IMG/VR virus record: IMGVR_UViG_3300020473_000010
Coordinates: 124,001 to 188,000 of that record
Reading direction: 5' to 3' (one strand)
Length of the DNA stretch: 64,000 bases
Part shown: positions 54,932 to 64,000 of the stretch, piece after piece
How positions within the stretch are numbered: position 1 is the first letter of the stretch
Layout of the letters: each line of letters starts with the position of its first letter
Program-made: the position numbers and the translations under genes
The notes under the pieces: generated by a model
The model's input: the letters and a program-made list of their open reading frames with translations, nothing else
Told to the model about the DNA's origin: nothing
The model's database searches: none

Positions 54932-55779
54932 CGGTCGTCTCCCATAAGTTCGCGCTGAAGCTGGCAGACAGTTAAAAACTTTGATATGGTTTCATCGTTA
55001 ATTTCAGTAATGTTTAGGTCTGAAACTTCTTTTAGAACCGGTTCTATTTTACTTTTTACAAAATCATTATCACATGCTGCTTGAAATCTTGTTAATTCAT
55101 TGATGGTTTTGTCTTTAATAGATTTTAACGTTGATTCAAATCTGCTGGGGTTTTTATCCATGGAAAAAATATATTCTTTAATTAAAGTCTGTTGTTGATC
55201 ATTAAACCTAGTACCATATTTTTTATTGAACTTTTCTGTCATAATTTTAAGTACTAGTTTATCAATGGTTCCATCATGTTGTTCTTCTAAATTAATTAAG
55301 TTCTCTTCTCTCAAAAGCATTTCATGGACCTTGGTTTCGTATTCTACTATTCTACCAAAATCCCCTCGTTGGCGCCAGTCGTTTAACAAAGTTTGGACAG
55401 TGGCGAAATCTTTATATTCTGAAATGTGTCTTTTATAAAAATTTGGATCCTTAAGTTTATAATTTATTTCTTTGATAAGTTTAGATTTTTCTCTTTCCAA
55501 ACGGCGAGTATTGTGACTTCTCGCACCATATTTTGCCTCTTCGATTATCTTTGTTGCTAAAGATCCATCTTTGATTCTTGTTGTTACTAGTGCGTTGAAA
55601 AGTCTGTGCTCTTTATAAAGCTCTGTTCCTTGTTGGAAATATTTTTTTATTATCATTTTTGCAGTTGCAGCAGTTTGTTCATCATTGTTAACTAACGATT
55701 CCGAAATAACTCTTAACAATTGCTCATAGATAATCCCGACATTTCGTTTTTTATTGTGGGATCTTTTAGTCATTGTCAT
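54928..55779 (-). CDS. hypothetical protein between portal and protease
   Basis: HNKKRNVGIIYEQL; helical 283 aa. Confidence 0.75.
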   Translation of the reverse strand: MTMTKRSHNKKRNVGIIYEQLLRVISESLVNNDEQTAATAKMIIKKYFQQGTELYKEHRLFNALVTTRIKDGSLATKIIEEAKYGARSHNTRRLEREKSKLIKEINYKLKDPNFYKRHISEYKDFATVQTLLNDWRQRGDFGRIVEYETKVHEMLLREENLINLEEQHDGTIDKLVLKIMTEKFNKKYGTRFNDQQQTLIKEYIFSMDKNPSRFESTLKSIKDKTINELTRFQAACDNDFVKSKIEPVLKEVSDLNITEINDETISKFLTVCQLQRELMGDDR

Positions 55780-57793
55780 CCTCCAAATCTAGATCAAATT
55801 CCTCGTCTAAATCATAGTTTTCATTAATTATCTTTTTAATACCTAATTTTCCTTGCATTTTCTCTAACATGCCTTTCATTTCAAAGGACATAGCGGGGCG
55901 ATACCCAGAATATTCCTGTGTTTCTTCTTCTAGTCCTATAATATAATCAGCCAAAGATTGTTTTTTACCTTCTCCGAAAGAATTTCCGAATGGGTTTGAT
56001 AAGAAATCTTCATCATAAGGTTTTCGTAAAGTATCTTGAGAACGTCCAGCTTTTCCAGTTAATACCATTTTCTTAAGGTCTGGCATATGAGTAGAACCAG
56101 GTCCTGATCTCACTTTTCTATCACGCTTCTTACGAAGCGGGGTACCCCAAACATTCTTTTTAGATGGGGATGATGAAGGTTTTATACCATCTCCAAGTTC
56201 TCCTTGGATTTTTTCTAAATCTATTTCATCCAAATCTTCTTCATCAAAAGATTGTTCTTCATCTAATTCTAATAGTCCATCTGATTCTGTGGCCTGTATG
56301 GGATTTCCATCTAGAATTTGATCGTTTGAAGGAAGATCACCTGCGAATAATCCTCCGCCTTCATCTCCTCCAGCCTCATCCCCGCCACCTTCTTCTTCAG
56401 CTCCGGCAGCTTCTAGTTCTGTATCATTAAGTTTATCTTCTATTTTTTCTCTTTGCAATCTAAGAATTTCGTCTCTACTGAACCCAAAAATATTTTTATA
56501 AATCCAATTTCTACTAACCATTCCTTCGGGGGCGCCTCCTGCAATCTCAAATCTAGTCCGAATTAGTTCTAGTTTTTGTTGTTGCGCTAAACTAGAAGGG
56601 TTTGAAAGCTGTAATCCAAAATCTAGTAAATCTTCACTTTCAAATCCATGGGCAAAAAGGTGGATCATTGCAATCTTGTTTAATTCTGCTACAATTGTTT
56701 TTTGGATCCTAGATATTGTTCTAGAAAACCTAATATCTTCTTGTGCAAGAGTCGCTTTTGCACCGATATCTTCATCGTATCCTAAATACGCTTTTGGAAT
56801 TTTGAGAGCAGCAAATAATTTTTTCTGGACATATTCAACATCTTCAATAGCTGATGTGTTTTGTCCACCCGCTAGATTTTCTATTCTTGTCCCAGAATCT
56901 CCACCTCTAACCGGTATAAAATAATCTTCGTCGACCGATAAGGGATTATACCTTAAATCGACGTTTCCGGTACCCTTTTGTACGACCATGTTTTTCTTGA
57001 GGCTAGTTTTTGCTTGTTCTAAATAGTTTGCTACATCTTCCGGGGGCACGTTCCCCACATCAATATAGAATACACGCCGCTCAGGACTACGAATGACACG
57101 ATATACAAGCATTGCATCTTCAATAAGAATAAGTTGCCGCCAAATGCGTCGTGCAGACTCAAGTACAGAAGAACCGTAAGGAAGGAAAGCATCATTGCCA
57201 AGCAAACGAAAATGAGTAATTTGCCAATTTTCGAGAACTTGGTTTCCTTGGGTGATCCACCTAAAACGAACTGCAGAAGGGTCACTAGAATCATATCCTT
57301 CTTCTCTTTCCATTTCTGTAATTGGGATGGGGTAGGCATTAATTACTCCAAATTCAGGGTGAACATCGTTAAATAAGAAGAAATCACCGTATTTACACAA
57401 ATTTCTTATCCACATTACTAAATTAAAATTAATATTTAATGTATCATAAAAAAGAGTTTCTAAAAGTTCTCTTATTTTTCGATTATCGGAAGTTATATGA
57501 AGGCACCTACCTTCTACATCGGGGCTAACACACTCTTCGGCATATATGTCTAATGCAGAAGCAATTTCAGGAGTTGATTCCATTTCGCTAAAATCAGAAT
57601 ATCTAGCCATCCTATCAAAAGTTCCGTACGCAGACAAGGTCGAATTATATACATCACTATGGTGCTTCTTAAACAGTTCAACTGCAGAAGATGCATTTTT
57701 ATCTGATTTTGTGTAATTTCTGACCTTCCTTTTTATAGTTGGGCCGGACCTAAACAATTTTGTTAAGCGCCTAAATAGTGACTCATCAGCCAT
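55766..57793 (-). CDS. portal protein (T4 gp20-like)
   Basis: PEIASALDI, CKYGDFF, LIEDAMLVYRVIRSPERRVFYIDVGN, EDYFIPVRG, LFAALKIP, EDIRF. Confidence 0.95.
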   Translation of the reverse strand: MADESLFRRLTKLFRSGPTIKRKVRNYTKSDKNASSAVELFKKHHSDVYNSTLSAYGTFDRMARYSDFSEMESTPEIASALDIYAEECVSPDVEGRCLHITSDNRKIRELLETLFYDTLNINFNLVMWIRNLCKYGDFFLFNDVHPEFGVINAYPIPITEMEREEGYDSSDPSAVRFRWITQGNQVLENWQITHFRLLGNDAFLPYGSSVLESARRIWRQLILIEDAMLVYRVIRSPERRVFYIDVGNVPPEDVANYLEQAKTSLKKNMVVQKGTGNVDLRYNPLSVDEDYFIPVRGGDSGTRIENLAGGQNTSAIEDVEYVQKKLFAALKIPKAYLGYDEDIGAKATLAQEDIRFSRTISRIQKTIVAELNKIAMIHLFAHGFESEDLLDFGLQLSNPSSLAQQQKLELIRTRFEIAGGAPEGMVSRNWIYKNIFGFSRDEILRLQREKIEDKLNDTELEAAGAEEEGGGDEAGGDEGGGLFAGDLPSNDQILDGNPIQATESDGLLELDEEQSFDEEDLDEIDLEKIQGELGDGIKPSSSPSKKNVWGTPLRKKRDRKVRSGPGSTHMPDLKKMVLTGKAGRSQDTLRKPYDEDFLSNPFGNSFGEGKKQSLADYIIGLEEETQEYSGYRPAMSFEMKGMLEKMQGKLGIKKIINENYDLDEEFDLDLEDDND

Positions 57794-57832
57794 AGATTTT
57801 CACCTCGTAAACATATATTAAGTATGTTGAAA

Positions 57833-59416
57833 CTATTTTACTAACCAAGTAAAATCTGTATATGGGTTATTGCTGCCTGGCCAAGATTTTTTCTTGCCTT
57901 TAGTTGGTTCATTTGTTTGAATCGTTGCATCGGGGATTACGGTATCCTCTATTTTTGTTGAATTTACTGCAAATGCTGCAAGCATTGCCGCATTTAAATC
58001 AGTAGAGTGCTTATTAAGTTGGGGGGATGTGTCGTATAACCAAACCCCGATAGCTAAAGCCATAATTAGATCATCATTTTGACCTTTTTGGGCTTGGGCT
58101 TTACCGTTTTTCCATACAAACGTCTTTAATTCTTCGTATAAACGACTAGATTTTACCATCACTTGTTTTGTTCGTAAAACTTCTTCTAATTTTGTTAAAA
58201 TCTGGTTTCTTGTTTTTGCATTAGTTTGAAAACCTATCTTCCCTATGTCACCATTCCCATATAAGAAAGCAAATCGGTCTTTTTCTGATTGAAAATAGAG
58301 GTTTCTATAATCCATTTCATTTAATTTCATAACAACTGCATATCCATAAGAATTATTTTCAGGACAAATCAGAGCGTCATTATACCTTCGCCCAGCTTCA
58401 GCCAAAATTTGGGCAAATTTATCCGGGGGGAGTTTTCCTCTATATTCTGCTACAACTGCTGATGCGTCTGTGTCAATAATATGAAAAGTTGAATAATCTG
58501 AAGCATCTCCTCGTGAAACATCGGCTGAAATTATATATTTCTTGCCAGAATGCGGATAATCCCAAACCCAAACGCCCATATCTGGGCCCCATTTATCAAT
58601 AGGGTTGCGAATCCAGCCTCTTAAATATTCAATGTCTTCAACCTGCAGGAAAGTGTCGCCAGAAGCCGCAAAATCGCAGAGTAATTCTTGGGCAATCTGT
58701 TTTTGAGACATATTTTTAGTTTCTTCTTTAAACCACTGATCGTCCCTTTCTGGGTGGACATCCCATGGGAGCTTAATAGCATTAAAGATGTTTTCTCCAT
58801 CTTCAGCTTGTTTCCAGATATCGTAATATTGACCACCAACACCATTTGGAGTAGATAATACAATCGCTCTTCCCCCAGTTGATAGAGTGGGATACAAACC
58901 AGTCCATAAAGTATCAAAATTTCTTACAAACGCTGCTTCGTCTACAATTAACAATGTTAATGCTTCGGATCGACCAGCATCTTCAGAAGTTGGGATAGCC
59001 TTTATTGTTGACCCATTAGAAAATTCAAGAGCTTGCTTATTATTGTTGATAATTGCCGGCAATAATAGCCATTTTGGCATAGATTGAATAACAAATTTTA
59101 CTTTTCTAATAAAATTTTGTGCTACTGATAATTTTGTAGCAATAACTAGAATATTTTTATCTTTGTGGAATATACCAAGCCAGGCAGCGTATGCAGCTGT
59201 AATTGTCGATAAACCTAATTGTCTAGATTTTAATATTACATTAAACCTGTGTTCTACGAAAGCATCAACACAATCATTTTGAAACCCATATGTCTTAAAT
59301 GGAATGGCGCCTTTAATTGGATGTTGGATTTTAACATATCGATTAAAGAAATATTGTGGATTTTTACCACATTTTACTATTTCTTTTACTTGGCGCTGCT
59401 TTTGAGTTACTGACAT
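57833..59416 (-). CDS. terminase large subunit (gp17-like)
   Basis: KSRQLGLST, LIVDEAAF, LSTPNG, ADVSRG..DYS, ENNSYG, DDLIMA. Confidence 0.95.
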   Translation of the reverse strand: MSVTQKQRQVKEIVKCGKNPQYFFNRYVKIQHPIKGAIPFKTYGFQNDCVDAFVEHRFNVILKSRQLGLSTITAAYAAWLGIFHKDKNILVIATKLSVAQNFIRKVKFVIQSMPKWLLLPAIINNNKQALEFSNGSTIKAIPTSEDAGRSEALTLLIVDEAAFVRNFDTLWTGLYPTLSTGGRAIVLSTPNGVGGQYYDIWKQAEDGENIFNAIKLPWDVHPERDDQWFKEETKNMSQKQIAQELLCDFAASGDTFLQVEDIEYLRGWIRNPIDKWGPDMGVWVWDYPHSGKKYIISADVSRGDASDYSTFHIIDTDASAVVAEYRGKLPPDKFAQILAEAGRRYNDALICPENNSYGYAVVMKLNEMDYRNLYFQSEKDRFAFLYGNGDIGKIGFQTNAKTRNQILTKLEEVLRTKQVMVKSSRLYEELKTFVWKNGKAQAQKGQNDDLIMALAIGVWLYDTSPQLNKHSTDLNAAMLAAFAVNSTKIEDTVIPDATIQTNEPTKGKKKSWPGSNNPYTDFTWLVK

Positions 59417-59820
59417 TATACATAGAACTCATAATTGATTATACGTGAGTATCTAGCACGGACAAGAGAAACATTGTGGCTTATATGGTCTACAGTGGGC
59501 TCAGCTGCCGGCAGTTCTTTACACTTTAAAGACTGGCCTGATAAGATTTTAAACTCTTTTTTTATTTCGTTAATTTTATCCCCAATCATTTTTATACTTG
59601 TTTTATCAAGGTCTTTTCTTTGGTCTTTCATTCCATGGCGTGGGTTGAAATTAACAATAGTTTCAAATTTAATTTCTAATACGGGATTTAATTCTTCTTC
59701 TGACCCAGTTGTTCCAGCTAAAAAGGCTTTGACTCCGTATCCGGAATCCCTAATTGAAGAACGACCGAAAGTTGAATCAATTAATGATCCTAAAATATTT
59801 ATATGCTCTGAATTAATCAT
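59416..59820 (-). CDS. hypothetical protein upstream of terminase
   Basis: AGGAG SD, late motif 59843-59850, coupled to terL. Confidence 0.7.
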   Translation of the reverse strand: MINSEHINILGSLIDSTFGRSSIRDSGYGVKAFLAGTTGSEEELNPVLEIKFETIVNFNPRHGMKDQRKDLDKTSIKMIGDKINEIKKEFKILSGQSLKCKELPAAEPTVDHISHNVSLVRARYSRIINYEFYV

Positions 59821-60094
59821 TATTACTCTCCTGAGATTTAATATAATTATGTTGTTTAGAGGTGTTTTTCTCTGAATTATCGGGGCGCCATCCAGTGGCC
59901 CACTTTTCTTTGTTTGGTATTCGATACGTATCGTTACAGTCTAGACAACATCCAAAAGATTTAAAATTTGATATATCAGACATATCTCTAAAAGAAAACC
60001 CGCAAATTGGGCAATCTAACGGAGTTGGTGACCAATCTTTTGGGATAATTATATTAATATTGTCTATAGATTTGTATGTTTTTAGATCATCCAT
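59813..60094 (-). CDS. small zinc-finger protein
   Basis: CPICG...CCLDC...GWRP. Confidence 0.65.
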   Translation of the reverse strand: MDDLKTYKSIDNINIIIPKDWSPTPLDCPICGFSFRDMSDISNFKSFGCCLDCNDTYRIPNKEKWATGWRPDNSEKNTSKQHNYIKSQESNND

Positions 60095-63000
60095 ATACCA
60101 CCAAGCTGTCTGGGCCTTTTTTAGTTATTTCTATAACTTCATCGACAACATCTTTTACTACATCTACATGAGAAATAATTAGAATTTGTTTATAGAATTT
60201 CTTTAATCGGTGAAGGAGGCTAGTTACTGCTTCAACATTTTGAGGATCTAAAGTTCCAAATCCTTCATCGACTATAAACATGTCTGATTTATTAAGATGA
60301 GAAACATTGCTTAAAGCTACTCTCAAAGCTAATGATGAAACCATTTTTTCCATACCGCTAGCACACTCTATTGGGCGTCGAGAGTCTCCATAATTTAAAA
60401 ATACATCCGTGTTTCTTTCATCTACTTCCAATTCTATAGTAAATCCTGTAGTGTCTTGTAGAATAGTAGATAATTCAGCGTTAATAACCGGGATTTGTTT
60501 ACTCATAATGTATGTTGGAATCCCACGCCAGGAAGTTGCCTTAATTAAGAAATCATAAACCTTCCATTCAACTTGCAGTCTATCATATTCTGTTTGTTCC
60601 CGCCTTAATTGGGATATCATACTTCTAGAACGACCGGTTTGCTCGGCATTCGAGACAATTTCAGTGTTTATTTCGTTAATTTTCTCTGTAATTAACTTCA
60701 TTTGTCGGCGGATGTTCAACAATTCTTCATTTTCGTTGTTAGAGGCTCTTAATTTAAGTTCACTTAGTTCTTTTTTGTTGGATGCAATTTCTTGCTCCAA
60801 TATAGTCATCCTAGTATTTTTATCTGTAAGATCAGATTCAAGTCTAACCAAAGATAATCGATCTGAAGATTCTTTATTGAGCATAGAAGCATATTTGTCT
60901 ATTTTGTTTCTTAATCCTTCTGATTCTAATTCTTCTACATTAGATTCAGATGATAAGACTGACTCATTTAGGTCGTTAACTAGGTTTCTTTGATCCTCAA
61001 TTAGTGATTTGTTTTTATGAGAATCTTTAATAAATTTGCATGTTGGGAAATTATCTCCGCAGGGTACCTCAGCTAACAAGCGAACAGATTTTGTTTGCGA
61101 TGAGAGCAACCTTTTTTCTGAATTTAATCTTGCTTTCATTGTAGAGAGACTTAATTTTAACTCATCTAGATTTTTTAGCCTTCTTTTTAGTCCCTCAATT
61201 GGAAATTGTTGCTTTATGATTTCATATTTTTCGATCCTTTCTTCAATTAATTCTATAGATTCTTCAATTGTTAATACAGAATCACCTAAATCAGAATATT
61301 GACGTTGTTTAGTAATCAACGTTCTTTCTTTTGAGGAAATTAATCTAGGATCAACAAAAGAATCTGTATAATCTCTTTCAGCAATATCTTTTAACTCATT
61401 ATAATTGGATTTTTGTTGCTCGAGTTCAGCTTGGAGTTCTTCTCGGCGGTCAGCTTGGGATTTTATCTCTATTCTTTTATTCCTAATTTCTTGTACCCAG
61501 TCTTTAACCTGTAGTCTCTTAAGCATTACCTTAATTCCGGTCGCTTCTTCCTTTACTAAGGAATGAAGACTGTCGAAAACATCTAATCCTAAAAAATTAC
61601 TTAATATTCTTTTTCTTTCAGTTGATCCCTTTGAAATAAAAGCGTTCATATTTCCTTGGGCTGCAAACGACGTCATCATAAATTCATCTGAAGTACCTAT
61701 TAATTTTCGGATCGATTCTTCTGTTTCTCGGCGTTGTTCACCAGAAAGATCTTTTAAAATAGAGCCATCTTCATCGACTTCATAAAGGTTTAAATGTGTT
61801 ACAGTAGTTTCTGCTCTTTTTTTTGCTTTATGGCGGACAGTTTGCCTTTCTAATCTGTATAGTTTTCCATTGACTGAAAAGGTAACCTCGGCGGCGCAAA
61901 AAGGTTTTCTTGTATTAACTACATGAAGAAGAGAAGAAATACCTCTATCATTTGTGTTATATAGGCCATACATTAAAGTACCCGGAATACTTGATTTTCC
62001 GCAGCGGTTTTTACCAAATATTCCAATAATTCCGTTTAATTTTGTAAAATCGACAGAATTATCTGATCCATAACCAAATGTATTGTCAAAAGTCATACGC
62101 TGAACGGACCATGAATTTCCTTTTATTTCTGTACCGGAAGCTTTTGGCACAATATCATCCAATATTTTATCAACTTCTTCCCAAAATTCGTTAGATTCTG
62201 TTTCTTCGCCGTAATATTCTCGCAAAAGATTCTTATGGGTTTCAGATTTAGATAAATTTTCTATTCTTACCTTGTTTGCAGTGGCTTCGTCTATTCCAAG
62301 GTCATTAGAAGATTTTGGATCGATTTTAAAAACTACTTCATCTGCAGATTTTACTCTTCTTAATACTGTCGACAATTTTCTTTGTGTTTTTGGATCCAGT
62401 TGTTTATAAGACCGGATCCGGAAACGGGATCCATCCGGCCATTTGTCACATTCCTTTACTGTCGCTTGGATATTTTCTAGAAAGTCAACAGTAACAAAGG
62501 GATTATGATGTGTAACAGGGTAAAAATCAACAGACCAATCATTAACCCCACTAATATCCCAAAGTAAAAAGCCTTTTTCTCCAGATTCGCCATAATTTTG
62601 CTGAATCGTCGATCCACAATACCAAATCCTCCCATCTGCATCAATCTGCTGTCTTTTGTGGATATCACCTAACATTGTAAAGTCAAATGTTTTAAATAAA
62701 TCCATCTTACAATCACCGTCGAGCATCCAGTCAGTATCAGTATGAGAACCCCAGACAGCTCCGTGATAAAGGGCAATATTAATTTTTCCGGGAGTGGGCT
62801 TAATTGATGACCACCCATCTAGATCAAACGGGCTGAAAACACACCAATTAATATTTTCTCCTTCTGGATCCGGATAAACGGCGGATTTTCTATAGAGGTG
62901 TACATTTCTTAAATTTAATGCGCGCAAAATCGGTGAAATTGCGTCCTGGCGATCTGTATTAAGCACTAATCCATCATGATTTCCTAACATAACATGGACC

Positions 63001-63218
63001 GGTGCTATGGAAGACATTTCAGTAAACCACCAATTAAGACAGTCAATAAGTTCTGGGGATATCCCTTGAGTTTTTGAATGTACAATATCACCTGCGATGA
63101 CGAAACAATCTGGGTTTATATCTCGACACTGTTCGAACATGTCGGTAAATGAGCGTCTGTATTCTGCATGTCGAGTTAATCCTCTCCAATGCACGTCCGC
63201 AATGTGTACTATTTTCAT
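60087..63218 (-). CDS. fused Mre11/SbcD nuclease-Rad50/SbcC ATPase (gp47-gp46 fusion)
   Basis: ADVH, AGDIVH, GNHD, GDIH; Walker A GKNRCGKS, Q-loop AQG, coiled coil, signature SGMEK, IVDEGFGTLD, ISH. Confidence 0.92.
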   Translation of the reverse strand: MKIVHIADVHWRGLTRHAEYRRSFTDMFEQCRDINPDCFVIAGDIVHSKTQGISPELIDCLNWWFTEMSSIAPVHVMLGNHDGLVLNTDRQDAISPILRALNLRNVHLYRKSAVYPDPEGENINWCVFSPFDLDGWSSIKPTPGKINIALYHGAVWGSHTDTDWMLDGDCKMDLFKTFDFTMLGDIHKRQQIDADGRIWYCGSTIQQNYGESGEKGFLLWDISGVNDWSVDFYPVTHHNPFVTVDFLENIQATVKECDKWPDGSRFRIRSYKQLDPKTQRKLSTVLRRVKSADEVVFKIDPKSSNDLGIDEATANKVRIENLSKSETHKNLLREYYGEETESNEFWEEVDKILDDIVPKASGTEIKGNSWSVQRMTFDNTFGYGSDNSVDFTKLNGIIGIFGKNRCGKSSIPGTLMYGLYNTNDRGISSLLHVVNTRKPFCAAEVTFSVNGKLYRLERQTVRHKAKKRAETTVTHLNLYEVDEDGSILKDLSGEQRRETEESIRKLIGTSDEFMMTSFAAQGNMNAFISKGSTERKRILSNFLGLDVFDSLHSLVKEEATGIKVMLKRLQVKDWVQEIRNKRIEIKSQADRREELQAELEQQKSNYNELKDIAERDYTDSFVDPRLISSKERTLITKQRQYSDLGDSVLTIEESIELIEERIEKYEIIKQQFPIEGLKRRLKNLDELKLSLSTMKARLNSEKRLLSSQTKSVRLLAEVPCGDNFPTCKFIKDSHKNKSLIEDQRNLVNDLNESVLSSESNVEELESEGLRNKIDKYASMLNKESSDRLSLVRLESDLTDKNTRMTILEQEIASNKKELSELKLRASNNENEELLNIRRQMKLITEKINEINTEIVSNAEQTGRSRSMISQLRREQTEYDRLQVEWKVYDFLIKATSWRGIPTYIMSKQIPVINAELSTILQDTTGFTIELEVDERNTDVFLNYGDSRRPIECASGMEKMVSSLALRVALSNVSHLNKSDMFIVDEGFGTLDPQNVEAVTSLLHRLKKFYKQILIISHVDVVKDVVDEVIEITKKGPDSLVVYG

Positions 63219-64000
63219 AGTTCTTGTATCCTGTTTAATAGGTTGGAATTCTCATTCCATTTTACTGGCTTTGAGACCAAATGTACAACTTCTTTTGGGC
63301 TTAGGTCACCAACGTCACCTTCCGTTAAATTTAAATAAGAAACTTCTAGATTATAACTAGCCAAAAGATCAGCAATATTGTCTTGTTTTTTCTTGGCGTC
63401 CGGATCTAAACATAAAATAACCGGAGTATTATTGGCGGCTAATTCATAAAACAATAAAGAGTTTTCAGACAAAGAAGATCCAAGTAAACATGTTGAATTA
63501 AGATTGATACACTTGACTAAATCTAGGGGACCTTCAACAAGATATACCGGTTGAGTAAAATCTAGATCGATTTCGTTAAATATGATAGCGACCTTAGGGG
63601 CCTTTGCGTTAACGTATTTAATATAAGCGTCGGAATCGATAGCCCGGGCGACCCAATAATTAATATCTCCGGAAGAGTCAAAAGAAGGAATGATTAATCG
63701 GCGCCGGAGTTTCCAATCATCAGAATATCCGATACGGTATCTCCAAAGCATTTGATCTGTAATTCCCCGAGAGTGGGCGTATTTGCGGATCGCAATTGCG
63801 TCTGGATCATGGAGAGATTCCATGATAAGATTAAATCCTTCAGGTAATACGATAGGATCGAATTCGGGTATAGAAAGGGAATTGTTGTAGGTGAAGCCGG
63901 CTGGTTTGAAACGCTGCATGTATTCAGAAACCAAATTTGGTTTCTTCATCTGAATTAGCTTTGCGACATTTCTTCCTCTGATGTTGCATACCCAGCAGTG
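63215..64000 (-). CDS. DNA primase (gp61/DnaG-like), N-terminus beyond the window
   Basis: frame open to 64000 and reads HCWVCNIRG (zinc ribbon) into MKKP; SRGI, RLIIP, YWVAR, KY.N, TOPRIM VEGPLD, CLDPDA. Confidence 0.9.
   Translation of the reverse strand, partial: HCWVCNIRGRNVAKLIQMKKPNLVSEYMQRFKPAGFTYNNSLSIPEFDPIVLPEGFNLIMESLHDPDAIAIRKYAHSRGITDQMLWRYRIGYSDDWKLRRRLIIPSFDSSGDINYWVARAIDSDAYIKYVNAKAPKVAIIFNEIDLDFTQPVYLVEGPLDLVKCINLNSTCLLGSSLSENSLLFYELAANNTPVILCLDPDAKKKQDNIADLLASYNLEVSYLNLTEGDVGDLSPKEVVHLVSKPVKWNENSNLLNRIQEL

Larger units (their letters stand above)
1875..59850 (-). promoter_or_regulatory. dispersed late-promoter-like motif ATANTTA(T/A), 16 copies
   Basis: 1875, 2307, 15496, 29515, 33097, 34287, 34948, 39590, 42759, 45833, 46335, 47825, 51698, 53334, 57818, 59843 (8-mer starts); most lie 20-40 nt before structural start codons. 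Confidence 0.75.

Noticed and set aside
7962-59416. Introns or inteins in RNR, helicase, RecA, terminase, portal
   Set aside because: Lengths and motif spacing are ordinary; no intein termini or homing endonuclease seen.
59416-59820. Small terminase call
   Set aside because: Position fits, but no sequence feature supports it; left as hypothetical.
2195-62668. Short alternative-frame minus ORFs nested in large genes (e.g. 2741-3016, 13082-13279, 38284-38553, 57031-57339, 58621-58917)
   Set aside because: Fully overlap conserved genes, lack initiation signals and look like off-frame translations.
8-63360. All plus-strand ORFs in the track (e.g. 27284-27913, 21228-21770, 16344-16805, 59435-59875)
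   Set aside because: They are antisense shadows of well-supported minus-strand genes, with no SDs or recognisable motifs.
1-64000. Stop-codon reassignment
   Set aside because: Core genes are full length in code 11, and TAA, TAG and TGA all end tightly packed genes.

Overview
64-kb segment of a large, AT-rich, T4-like (Tevenvirinae-type gene set, but divergent) contractile-tailed phage. Essentially every real gene is on the minus strand. In transcription order (64000 down to 1): primase (truncated by the window edge), a fused Mre11-Rad50 (gp47-gp46/SbcDC), terminase, portal, prohead protease, small head proteins, a bS21-like ribosomal protein, scaffold, gp23-like major capsid, two paralogous decoration proteins, three neck proteins, two paralogous tail sheaths, tail tube, a tail chaperone pair, a 3.5-kb island of small early-type genes, tape measure and baseplate. 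Then come a minimal family A DNA polymerase, a degenerate HD protein, gp32 SSB, RecA/UvsX, 5'-3' exonuclease, gp41 helicase, class II RNR, ClpP-like protease, amidase endolysin, acyl-CoA thioesterase, type II glutamine synthetase, a Dam-family MTase, a sulfotransferase, ThyX, a zincless Fpg/Nei and ClpS. The most notable hidden signals are regulatory. (1) A U7 slippery site joins the two tail-chaperone ORFs by a +1/-2 frameshift. (2) A GC-rich pseudoknot-capable leader RNA precedes the decoration gene. (3) Sixteen copies of a late-promoter-like motif, ATANTTA(T/A), are oriented opposite to the T4 TATAAATA box. (4) A separate sigma70-like promoter class includes two apparently leaderless mRNAs. 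(5) A promoter-terminator-bounded ~70-nt small RNA candidate. (6) An internal SD-led start in the scaffold gene. (7) A T4 gene-32-like translational operator. No tRNA, rRNA, CRISPR array, intron, intein or transposase was seen. All family calls come from reading motifs by eye; no searches were run.
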